From contig JASCQW010000061.1 in NCBI GenBank assembly GCA_030264375.1, positions 123,105,175 through 123,163,199 of the forward strand: DNA of 58,025 nucleotides. The letters are read 5' to 3'. Within the stretch, counting starts at the first letter, position 1. Every line of letters begins with the position of its first letter. Position numbers and translations under genes: made by a program. Of the stretch, positions 48,780 through 58,025 are shown one piece after another. Source of the stretch: Carcharhinus longimanus. Lineage: Eukaryota. Under the pieces are notes generated by a model. That model was not told the DNA's origin and ran no database searches. It saw only the letters and a list, made by a program, of their open reading frames with translations.

Positions 48780-50030
48780 GACACATGTTGAAGTTTTTCA
48801 TCTTGCACTCATCAGGGCAATCACAAGAATACCAATGTTAGGGGAAACAACAACTTTATACTGTATGGGAAAAAGATGCTGATTGGTTGTCAAGTGACCC
48901 CTGATTTGTCAGAGTTTTGCCATGGAGAAAACACCGGTTAATGGTAACTAACACTTAATGGCCAAAAATTGTTTGAATAAGGCTATCACTTTCAATCCTA
49001 AAAAAGTGCCCAGTCTACCTCAGATTGCTCTGAAAGGGCATGGTATCTCAAAATTTGAGCAACAGATGGAGTTAGCTGTTTCACACTGCTCTCATGCAGT
49101 GGCAACACGAGTGGCATTCACCATTATAGGATGCTGCCATCAAGCCAAAAAGACTTTCTTCCTATCACACAAATTAGTACTGTGGTACATGAATTTCAGT
49201 ACCAGTACGATGCTAGATATGTACACCATACATCATAAAGACTGGCAAAACACATCAAACAGATACTCCTTCCACTGTTCACAATGAGCAGACCGATTCC
49301 CAACCAGCTTGTGCTTGCAAAACTCAAAAAAGTATTCAACATTTGACATGATTCTGTGACAAGAAAGCATTTTCTAAATAATCCTCAGTGTGCTAGAAAT
49401 TACACTGACAACAATTTAAGCTGCATTTTCATGTCTTGGAAGCAATATATATTAATACACAGGACCCACTCTTTGCAGACAGAAAGAACATATACACATA
49501 TTGCACCTATTTCAGTTAAACAAAATAAGTGATAGGTATTCGTTGGTTCATTCCTCAGGGCAATGCCATGGCCAAAGTCAAGCTGCCTGGCTTAAATTTC
49601 AAACCATGTTAACTGTCAGTCACTATTAACTGATGCATTGTCCAGTATAAAGTTATTGTTTCTCCTGCCATTGGTATTCTTGTGATTATCCTGATGGGAT
49701 GGCATGGTGGCACAGTGGTTAACACTACTGTCTCACAGTGCCAGGGACCTGCCCTGGGTTTGATTCCCTGCTTGGGTCACTATCTATGTGGAGTCTGCAC
49801 AATCTCTCCGTGTCTGCATGGGCTTTCTCCAGGTGCTCCAGTTTCCTCCCACAGTCGGGAAGACGTGCTGGTTAGCTGCATTGGCCATGCTAAATTCTCC
49901 CTCAGTGTACCCAAACAGATGCCAGGGTGTGGTGATTTTCACAGTAACTTCATTGCAGTGTTAGCGTAAGCCTACTTGTGACACTAATAAATAAGCTTAA
50001 ACTGAGCACAAGATGAAAAGCTTTGGTAAA
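48780..50030 (+). mobile_element. Second Penelope-like family: inverted 5' pseudo-LTR, GIY-YIG endonuclease remnant, 3' pseudo-LTR split by HE1
   Basis: ISKFEQQMELAVSHC..VATRVAFT, RMLPSSQKDFLP..STVVHEFQYQYDARYVHHTS*RLAKHIKQ (VVY..C..YVG.T..L..RI.QH pattern), HFLNNPQCARNY, VLEAIYINTQDP..LCRQKE. 48786-48865 is reverse-complementary to 49642-49696 plus 50003-50029. Hammerhead-like CTGATGA..GAAA in both termini. Confidence 0.88.
49697..50002 (+). mobile_element. HE1-type V-SINE (alternative tail B)
   Basis: Full head; tail ttttcacagtaacttcattgcagtgttagcgtaagcctacttgtgacactaataaataa. Confidence 0.93.
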
Positions 50031-50712
50031 AAGGGTGGTATTTTATGGCCTTGCTCAACCCGAAAATGGAAAATCCTGCCCGAGATCAATGGGCTTTCTC
50101 ATTGTCCACCCTTCGTCCACTCCAATTCCTGTGGCACTAGAATTCTGGTGGATGTCTTTGGAAGCATTTAAAGTTTAATTCTGTTTTTGTTAATGTGAAC
50201 ATTGTAGGGTATAAAGTTATTTCAACAATGGCAATAATAAATATACCATTCATATTTTGACATTTCTCACATTCAGGAATATATCTCGGAACGTGCGGAA
50301 TTGAAAGGAAAAAAGTGGATTCTGAGCAGTAGGGAGAATGCTTGCATTTCCCACATCCAATGTTAGACAGAAGGATATTCTGAAGGTTATTCTTACATTT
50401 ATAATGTTTGTGAAAGGTGGTATTTGAACAATACTTTTGGAAGATAGTAAAGCAGAGTTTACTGGCAAAAGAATGATGAGACCATTGGCATCCAGTTACA
50501 GCAATTTCAAGGTAGGGGCCGATGCATAGTTACACACAAATATCCAAACATTTCTGCCTGAGTTGCACTGTTCCAATTTTAACTTTGTAAAACTGCAGTC
50601 TGAAATTTCTGGGCTCTTCGGTGATGGATTGGGAGGCAGAGGGGTCTGACAAACTGGCAAGAGAAGGTATCAGGAGTTGAGCCTATTGTATTCATATTGC
50701 CATGCCACATCA

Positions 50713-51059
50713 GGCATGGCGGTTAGCACTGCTGCCTCACAGCACCAGGGACCCAGGTTCAATTCCGACCTTGGATGATTGTGTGGAGTTTGCACATTCT
50801 CCCGTGTCTGTGTGGGTTTCCTCAGAATGCGATGGTTTCCTCCCACAGTCCAAAGATGTGCCGGTTAGGTGGATCGCCTGTGCTAAATTGTCCCTTAGTG
50901 TCAAAGGTGCTTCGGTTAGAATAGTTAGCCATGGTAAATGTGTGGGATTATGGAGATAGGGCAGTGGTAAGGGCCTGGGTAAGATATTCTGTCAGAGAGT
51001 CATTGCCGACTCGATGGGCTAAATGGCCTCCTTCTGCACGCACTCAGGATTCTATGATT
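50713..51059 (+). mobile_element. HE1-type V-SINE (HER1/CR1-type tail)
   Basis: ggttagcactgctgcctcacagcaccagggacccaggttc..; tail atggcctccttctgcac..ggattctatgatt. Confidence 0.93.
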
Positions 51060-52531
51060 GCCAGTTTCGGGCACGTTATTGGGTAGCCACTTGTTCGATA
51101 GCTAATTGGGCAACTTAAGTTACTCGTTAAGAGATGCTTTCTTCCATTCCAAGGTGAAACCATTGTGTGAAATCTGACAGATCCCAATACTTCCCAGGTA
51201 TCTTGTAATTTCAAAGTCAGATAACCTTCGTTGAAACACTGAGTATCATTTCCAGATGGTCAACCTGTCGAGGCCAGAACATTAACTATTATAAGTGTGG
51301 AACTCTCTTCCTTCATGTGTTAATTATTGTTGGCAATTTTAAAAATGTCAGATTGTAAATTTATATATTTTTGCTTATCTTTTTCTCTTCTCTTGCCTAA
51401 TCCAATTCCCCTCTATTTTTTTTTCTGAACATTGAATTTATTCTTTTCAATTTACATTTCCCTGTCAGTCTTTGCACTATTAATTTCATTATCCTTCAAA
51501 CTGATTGTTTGGAGATGGATGCACAGGCCAGGTCTCAGATGTCCCCTCACTGCAGTGTTATTAAGTTGCACTGTCGAAAAAATGCCATGCAAAAATATTT
51601 TCAAATACTCAACACAAAAGAGCAAATATAATTCATGGCAGATGCTGTTAGCTGATCCTGTTACTGCAAAATCTGTTCATTGCATGTTTCAATTATTAGC
51701 ATAATACCTGGAAAACATGGACTGTACATCAAACCATTCTAATAACAATTCATTCTGTGCTGTACAGCATGTGTATCTCTGCTATTTTGTGCCCTTTTAT
51801 TCTGCCTTGCAATATATTGCACATGGATCTGTTCAAATGATCCTAATATTTCTGTAATATTGACTGACTTCATCCCTGCTCAGCTCACCTGTTGCTGAAA
51901 TCCACAGTGCTGTCTTTATTACCTCTCCATCCATCCATAATTACTTATAGTCCATGAGTGGCCACAGACACCTCTCTTTGTTCACTCCAGTTCTGCATAC
52001 TGCTGTCATTCCTCCCTCCACCCGGTTTCTGATGCTGTTTACCTATCCAATTCTTCTCCAACATGGTCTTCTCTTTTCTCATATTTCACCTTCTATCGTC
52101 GCCAACATTAGACTCTCAATCTGTCCTTTCCAGCGGTCATATTTTCTCAATTTCTGCTCTTCAATTCAGCTAAAAGCCCACAAGATGTAGGGACTCCAAT
52201 TTTCCTGCAGGAAAATTCTTTGGCTTATCTGGCTGATTCTAGAATATATTGCCAGATTCACATTTCAGAAATTGTAATTCTCTTCTCATCAGCCTTGCCC
52301 AGAGTACAGCTTGCACACTTATATCGCACAATCCCACACCAAGTTGCTTTTTACCAGTATAGGATGTTTCTAGACTTGAACACTACAATGATTTTTTGGC
52401 TGGTCCTCCCAGTTTTTACTTGAGTTCTTCTAACATCCTGTTGCCCGTTTTTTATATTGCACTAAATCCCCGTTATCCATCAGCTACATTCACTCTCAGA
52501 TAAGCAAAGCCTTAATCGTTAAATTCTCATC

Positions 52532-53140
52532 ATTAGAACATAGAACTTAGAGGCAGGAATAGGTCACTTGGCCCTTCAAACCTGCTCCACCATTCGATAG
52601 GATTATGGCTGGTCTGATTGTGGTCTGAACTCCACCCTCCTGATTGCCCCTCCAAACCCATGACCCACTTGTCTATCAAAAATCAATCTCGCTCTGCCTT
52701 AAATAAATTCAATGACCCAGTCTCAACTCCTTTTTATGGAAGAGAATTCAATTGATGAATGACACTCCTCATCTGTCATAGAAGGGAGATCTCTTAATCT
52801 TAAACTGTGTCCCCGAGTTCTACTCTCCCCCCAACAGGAAACATTTGCCCAGTATCCAATCTATCATGTTCTTGTTTTCAAATCCCTCTGTGCTCCCTAA
52901 CTCTATCACCATCTCCAGTCATAAATTAGATTAATTTAATGATTGAAATTTACGGCACAGAATAAGGCCATTCAGCCCATCATGTCTGTGTCAGCTGAAA
53001 ATGAGCGATCCAGCCTAATCCCACCTACAGCTTTATAGCTTATGGCATATCAGATGCACATCCAGATGTTTTTCAAATATGAAGAACGTTTCTGCCTCTA
53101 CCACAGTTTCAGGGAATGAATTCCACACCTCCATGCTTTG
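52532..53140 (-). mobile_element. Two CR1-type LINE 3' fragments (52532-52870 and ~52950-53140)
   Basis: tagaacatagaac..gcaggaataggtcacttggcccttcaaacctgctccaccattc..taaactgtgtcccc; second tail ggccattcagcccatcatgtctgtg..ctgcctctaccac..gaattcca. Confidence 0.8.
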
Positions 53141-53316
53141 AATGCATTGCCACACTCTTCAACAGATTGAATTTTGTTTGTCATTTTTTGGCCAATTTAA
53201 GAAGTCTATTGATATCTTCCTCATATTAACCAGTCAAGTTTTGTGGCATTGGGAAACTTCTTAACCACACCACTTACATTCGAACATAAAGCACTGATTA
53301 CAGGGTGTGTATATTG

Positions 53317-53575
53317 GCACTGCTGCTTCACAGTGCCAGGGACCTGGGTTCGATTCCCGACTTGGGTCACTGTCTGTGTGGAGTTTGCACCTTCTCCCCA
53401 TGTCTGCGTGGGTTTCCTCGAGTGCTTCGGTTTCCTCCCACAGTCTGAAAGACGTGCTGGTTAGGTGCATTGACCTGAATAGGCATCGGACTGTGGCGAC
53501 TGGGGGAATTTCACAGTAACTTCACTGCAGTGTTAATGTGAGCCCTACCTGTGACTGATAAATAAACTTTTTTTT
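53317..53575 (+). mobile_element. HE1-type V-SINE (alternative tail B, 5'-clipped)
   Basis: gcactgctgcttcacagtgccagggacctgggttcgattcc..; tail tttcacagtaacttcactgcagtgttaatgtgagccctacctgtgactgataaataaa. Confidence 0.92.
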
Positions 53576-53599
53576 ACATTGATATATACCATAAAAGTC

Positions 53600-54130
53600 A
53601 AGTGATCCACCACTGGAATCTCAATAGAAACAAACAGTCTTCCAGTCACACAACACCCAGTGACTCTTTGCTTCCGACTACTTAATCAGTTTTGGATCCA
53701 TTTTAGTGCCTTCCCTTGCATCCCACGAGCTTTTACTTTTCTGGTCAACCTACCATTGAGACTTTGTCAAATGTCTTAGAGAAGTCGATGCTGATTGCAT
53801 CATCTTTCATCAGTGTTACCTCCTCAAAAATTTCAGCAAAGTTAGTCAAACCAAACATTCCCTGAACAAATCCATGCTAGGCATCCTTGACGAATTTGTG
53901 ACATCTAAATGATGTTCTAGACTGTTATTCAGAGCTTTTTTCAGAGTTAATCACTCACCAATGAGATTAGGCTGACAGACCTGTAAACCTTCCTTTGTTT
54001 TAAAACAAAAGTATAACATTAACACTCGAACAATTCTCTGGTACCATGCCGAGAGCCTGATCGGACTGGATTACAATGGTCAAAGATTCTAACATTTGCT
54101 CTATTGCTTCTCATACCAGCCATAGATACA
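53600..54130 (-). mobile_element. CR1-type LINE RT fragment, old
   Basis: Minus DAISIDFSKTFDKV (DFSKAFDKV motif, ~53762-53803) and YRSVSLIS (YRPVSLTS motif, ~53962-53985). Confidence 0.75.
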
Positions 54131-54184
54131 TTTCTTCCAAACCAGCTAAAAGAACAAAGACTGCAGATGTACAGAACATAACCC

Positions 54185-55270
54185 CCGAACCACACACTAT
54201 CCTAATGGGGAACAATATTACTGTTCCTTCACTGTCACTGGGCCAAATTCCTAGAAATTATTTTCTGACAGCGCTGTGGGTGTGCCTGCACCATATGGAT
54301 TTTAGTGGTTCAAGTGGGCAGCTCACCACCATGTTCACAAGGGTAGTTATAGACCAAGCATTCAACAACTCCTTTGTTGATCTGTTTCCTATCCTTCCCT
54401 CCATCACAACGTTTGAAGTGGGGATGTTCACTGATGATTGTACAATGTTCAGCGCAGTCACGACTGTTCAGACATTGAAGCAGTACACACGTGTCCGTAT
54501 GCAGCAAGACCTGGGCAATATTTGAGCTTGAGCTGATAACTGATAAGTAACATTTATCTCATACAATGTCAGGCAATGATCATCTCCAGCAAGAGAGAAT
54601 CTAACCATCTCCCCTTGACATTCAATGGCATTATATCATTGCTGAATCCCCCACTATCAACATCCTGGGGTATCCATTACCAGAAACACAACTGGACCAG
54701 TGATGTAAATAATTTGGTTGCGAGAGTTGTTCAGAGGCTGGGAATTCTATGGCAAATACTGCAACTCACCTCCTAATCCCTCAAAAACCTGTTCGCCATC
54801 TATAAGACACAGTCAGAGTGTGATGGAATAATTCCACTTGCCGAGTGCAGCTGCACCAATACTCAAGAAACTCTACACCAAGCAGGACAAAGCAACCCAA
54901 CTTGATTAGTTTCCCATTCATCACCTTGAACATCCGTCTACCAAGGATGCACAGAGGCATCAGTATGTGGTATCGGCCAGCTTCACAACTCACCAAGGCT
55001 CCTTCGACAGCACCTTCCAAACCCATGACCTCCTCTACCTAGAAGGACAAGGGCTGCAGTTGCCCGGGGCCACCATCATCTGACTTGAGACAATACTGCC
55101 ATTTCCCTCCAAGCCATACACGATCCTGACTTGAAATAATATTGCCATTTCTTTGCTGTTACAGGGTCAAAATTCTGCAACTCCTTTCCCAACAGCACTT
55201 TGGATATACCATATGGACTAGGGTGGTTCAAGAAGACAGGCAACTTCTCGAGGGCAATTAGAGATTCGCA
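54185..55270 (+). mobile_element. CR1-clade LINE (second family), RT C-terminus to 3' tail
   Basis: EVGMFTDDCTMFS..MQQDLGNI*A*ADN (FADD motif); MIISSKRESNHLPLTFNG; tail ggttcaagaag..cttctcgagggcaattagaga. Confidence 0.85.
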
Positions 55271-55299
55271 TCCAGTGACTTGTACATTCAGCCAATGAA

Positions 55300-55755
55300 T
55301 ACATATAAAGTCTCAATTCCCACGCCCCAGGATTCTGAAAGCCTCCCGAGCCCCCCCTTCCTCGGGGGCCATTTCTCTAACCATCCATTTACCCTCTGAG
55401 ATCTCCGCACTCCTCTGATTCTGATCTCTTGCTCATTCCTTATTTTAATTGCTCTGCTATTGGCAGTCATACTTTCAGCGATTTAAGCCTTTAGCTTTGG
55501 AATTCCCTCAGAAAATCCTCTGCCTTTCCCTCCTCCCTTAAGAAGCTTCTGTGACCAGGCTTCTGTATATTTTTTATTCCTCGATGGAATGTGGGTGACG
55601 CTGGCAAGGCCAGTGTTTGTTGTCCATCTTTAATTGACTTTGGGAAGAAACTTATATATCTCAATGTCAAAATCTCTTTTATAATGCTTCTGTGAAGCAC
55701 CTTGGATGGTTTATATTAAAAGTGGCTGCAGAAATACAAGTTATTGTTGTTGTAA
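55300..55755 (+). mobile_element. L2-like LINE 3' end
   Basis: attggcagtcatactttcagc..tggaattccctc..cctcccttaaga..tgaccaggctt, with tail ctgtgaagcaccttgga..tacaagttattgttgttg. A reversed tail fragment lies at ~6322-6390. Confidence 0.7.
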
Positions 55756-56691
55756 AGGTATAACACATATCAAACATGTTGTAAGTGACTGAGACATCAC
55801 AGTTCATCTATTCTTAATTTCTCTCTCACCTAAGCGTTGGTATCATGCACTGGTGTTGCTGGAGCTGGTCGAGTTCAAAATGCGATATGAATGTTTTTCT
55901 TCTGACTTTCAGTTCAGACACATGTTTACTCCCCTACTTGAGGCCATGTTTTCAGCTACAAACCTAATGGCTCAGGTGTAAATAAAAACTTCTGTTTGTG
56001 ACTAGATAGAAGCAGTGATTCTCCAACTTCACCCGTAACTGGAATTCTCCAGTCCCGCTGCAGTGACTGGAGATTCGGCTGTGTGTCAAATTCTTCATCC
56101 TCGTTGGCAGCAGGACGGGGAAGGAATGAGATCAGAAAATCCCAGCTGGAAATGAAAATTGGGCAATTTCTGTTGCAAATGGACATGGGCAGAATATTCA
56201 AAAAAACTACCCTGAAATATTTTTGTTGTATTGATTGCTTTGAATGTTTTTCTATAATATTTTATACATGCAATATTCTAAAATTAAAAGCTATGAATAT
56301 AAGACATTCACTAATGAATCCAATAAAGATGCAGTGTGACTTTAGTAAATCAAAAGTTGCATTTTGTGACAGATACTAACAATTCATGCAAGTGTCTGGC
56401 AATACACACAACCTTTAAATCAAGGCATCAATGTTCAGATGCAATTTGATCAGCTGTCATGTGGCACTTGATCTTTTCCTTCCGATGGGACATTCTCCTC
56501 TTTTTCAAGCTATGTTGACCTCAGTGGGATTGGGGACCAAACCACTCGAGGAAGGTGTGCTTGTCATTTTGATACTATAATAATAGACTGGTTGCTGGAA
56601 ATCTGAAATAATCATCAGAAAATGCATGAAAAGCTCAGCAGGTCAGGCTGCATCTGTGCAGAGAAACAGAATTAATGTTTCAGAGCGAGTG

Positions 56692-57175
56692 ACATTTTAA
56701 GGGGTGCCTTGACAAATACATGAATAGGATGGGAATAGAGGGATATGGTCTCCGGAAGGGTAGGGGGTTTTAGTTCAGTCGGGGCAGCATGGTCGATGCA
56801 GGCTTGGAGGCCTGTTCCTGTGCTGTAACTTTCTTTGTTCTTTGACATTTCATTAGAACTGTAGAAAGGGAAGAGGGGCCAGGGGGAGAAACTCTGTGAT
56901 AGAGTTGGAGATTTTGCATCACGTAATCTGTTGTTATTGAATCCATCCATTGATTCTGTCTCGTCAATTGGCTCTGTCTCCACTTCCCACTGCCTCGGCA
57001 AAGCAGCCAGCATAATCAAGGATTCTGCTGACCTCTATAAGATCATCCCTCAGCCTTCTACACTCTAAAGAAAAAAGTCCCAGTCTATCCAGCCTCCCCT
57101 TATAACTCAAACCATCAAGTCCTGGTAGCATCGTATTAAATCTTATCTTTACTCTTTCTACTTTAATAACATTCT
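56692..57175. mobile_element. Cluster of LINE scraps: CR1/HER1 tail (+, 56692-56845), Rex1-like piece (+, 56940-57025), CR1 RT piece (-, 57030-57175)
   Basis: FKGCLDKYMNRMGIEGY plus ggcctgttcctgtgctgtaa; cacttcccactgcctcggcaaagcagccagcataatcaagga; acctctataagatcatccctcagccttctacactctaaagaaaa (reverse FSLECRRLRDDLIEV). Confidence 0.82.
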
Positions 57176-57869
57176 TGCATTCTTTCTAGCTTAATAATAA
57201 CTGTTCAATGAAAATTAATCTCACTAATAAGGAAATTCTTTGTTTATGAAACATCGCTTAGCACATTCACAGACTCCTATTTTTGATAGCTATGATTTCC
57301 TCCAAAAATGTGGACTGAGTGATAGTGTTACAGAGTGGGGTTAACCTGGTTTTGGCTGAGAGGAAGGTACTAAGTGGAAAGGGCAGCATTTCCAGACTGG
57401 CACTGGGTAGATGCTGCTGACTGTTGATTACTGCTGGAAGCAGATTGCATGTTCATCTCCTTACCGATAGAAGTGTGAAAACTTATAATGGAGGATTTGC
57501 ATTGAAAAGTAAAATCTTATTAATTTGTGTATGTAAATCAACTCATTAGCAATGCTGATGCCAATATGTTTCAGTTTAGAGATGCACACGGGGGAAATAT
57601 GCTCAAATTGATGACCCTTGAATGTGCAGTTCAGGATTCAGAACGAGTACAGGAATCCATTGCAGATAAATTTCACCCAGCTGCACTCACTCGCCTGCTG
57701 TAAGTTCAGCAGCAAATATCGGCAGACCCTGGGAAAATTGTTTTCTTGCTGAATTGAACATTTACCATTCAGCCGACTGCTCCTCCTGTCCCTCCGTAAA
57801 AATCAGGTGCTGCAATTTTGCGTCTGATCCCTCATGTCATGGTACCCCGTTTGGTACCCTGTTTGCAGT

Positions 57870-58025
57870 CATATAGAACCATAGAAAATTACACCTCAGA
57901 AACAGGCCTTTTGGGAATTCTGTACCTGTATTCCCAGATCCCTCTCCCGAGTCCTACCATTTAGCCTGTACATTCTACTTTGGTTTGTCCTTCCAAAGTG
58001 CAATACCTCACACTTGTCTGCGTTA
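57870..58025 (-). mobile_element. CR1-type LINE remnant (tail joined to RT region)
   Basis: tagaaccatagaaaattacacctcagaaacaggcc tail adjacent to reverse NADKCEVLHFGRTN. Confidence 0.8.

Noticed and set aside
50276-50365. Plus-strand exon after acceptor tttctcacattcag (EYISERAELKGKKWILS)
   Set aside because: Only a weak donor before the stop, and no other plus-strand exons to chain with.
55956-56201. ORF with acidic NEDEEFD segment
   Set aside because: Its core (56038-56145) is a TIR-bounded MITE.
57840-57865. Tandem 12-mer ggtaccc(c/t)gttt x2
   Set aside because: Two-copy micro-duplication; no array or spacer structure.
1-58025. CRISPR array, operon or other prokaryotic/viral system
   Set aside because: No regularly spaced repeats and no long intact ORFs; the content is typical vertebrate repeat-laden non-coding DNA.

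Overview
Eukaryotic, repeat-rich, mostly non-coding DNA from a draft assembly with 12 N-gaps. Ten HE1-type V-SINEs, Deu-domain SINEs and HER1/CR1 LINE tails point to a cartilaginous fish (shark/ray). No intact gene, CRISPR array or prokaryotic feature is visible, and almost all ORF-track entries are spurious or transposon debris. The window is probably intronic to a minus-strand gene; one good candidate exon lies at 1-196. Decayed elements recognised: a truncated Gypsy LTR retrotransposon (LTR-PBS-gag-PR-RT-RNaseH, ~225-3354, minus), Rex1-like, RTE, CR1 and L2 LINE pieces, Harbinger transposase remnants with many MITEs, and at least two Penelope-like families. Most interesting: (i) Penelope inverted-terminus insertions carrying minimal hammerhead ribozyme motifs, including a ~255-bp hairpin with an intact core on each strand; (ii) a HE1 SINE inserted inside a hammerhead core; (iii) an HE1 subfamily whose 3' tail matches the Rex1-like LINE rather than HER1/CR1; (iv) an apparent templated insertion copied from 2 kb away into the Gypsy gag. 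All family assignments are by-eye motif recognition, not database searches. Boundaries are approximate unless a TSD or splice site is quoted.
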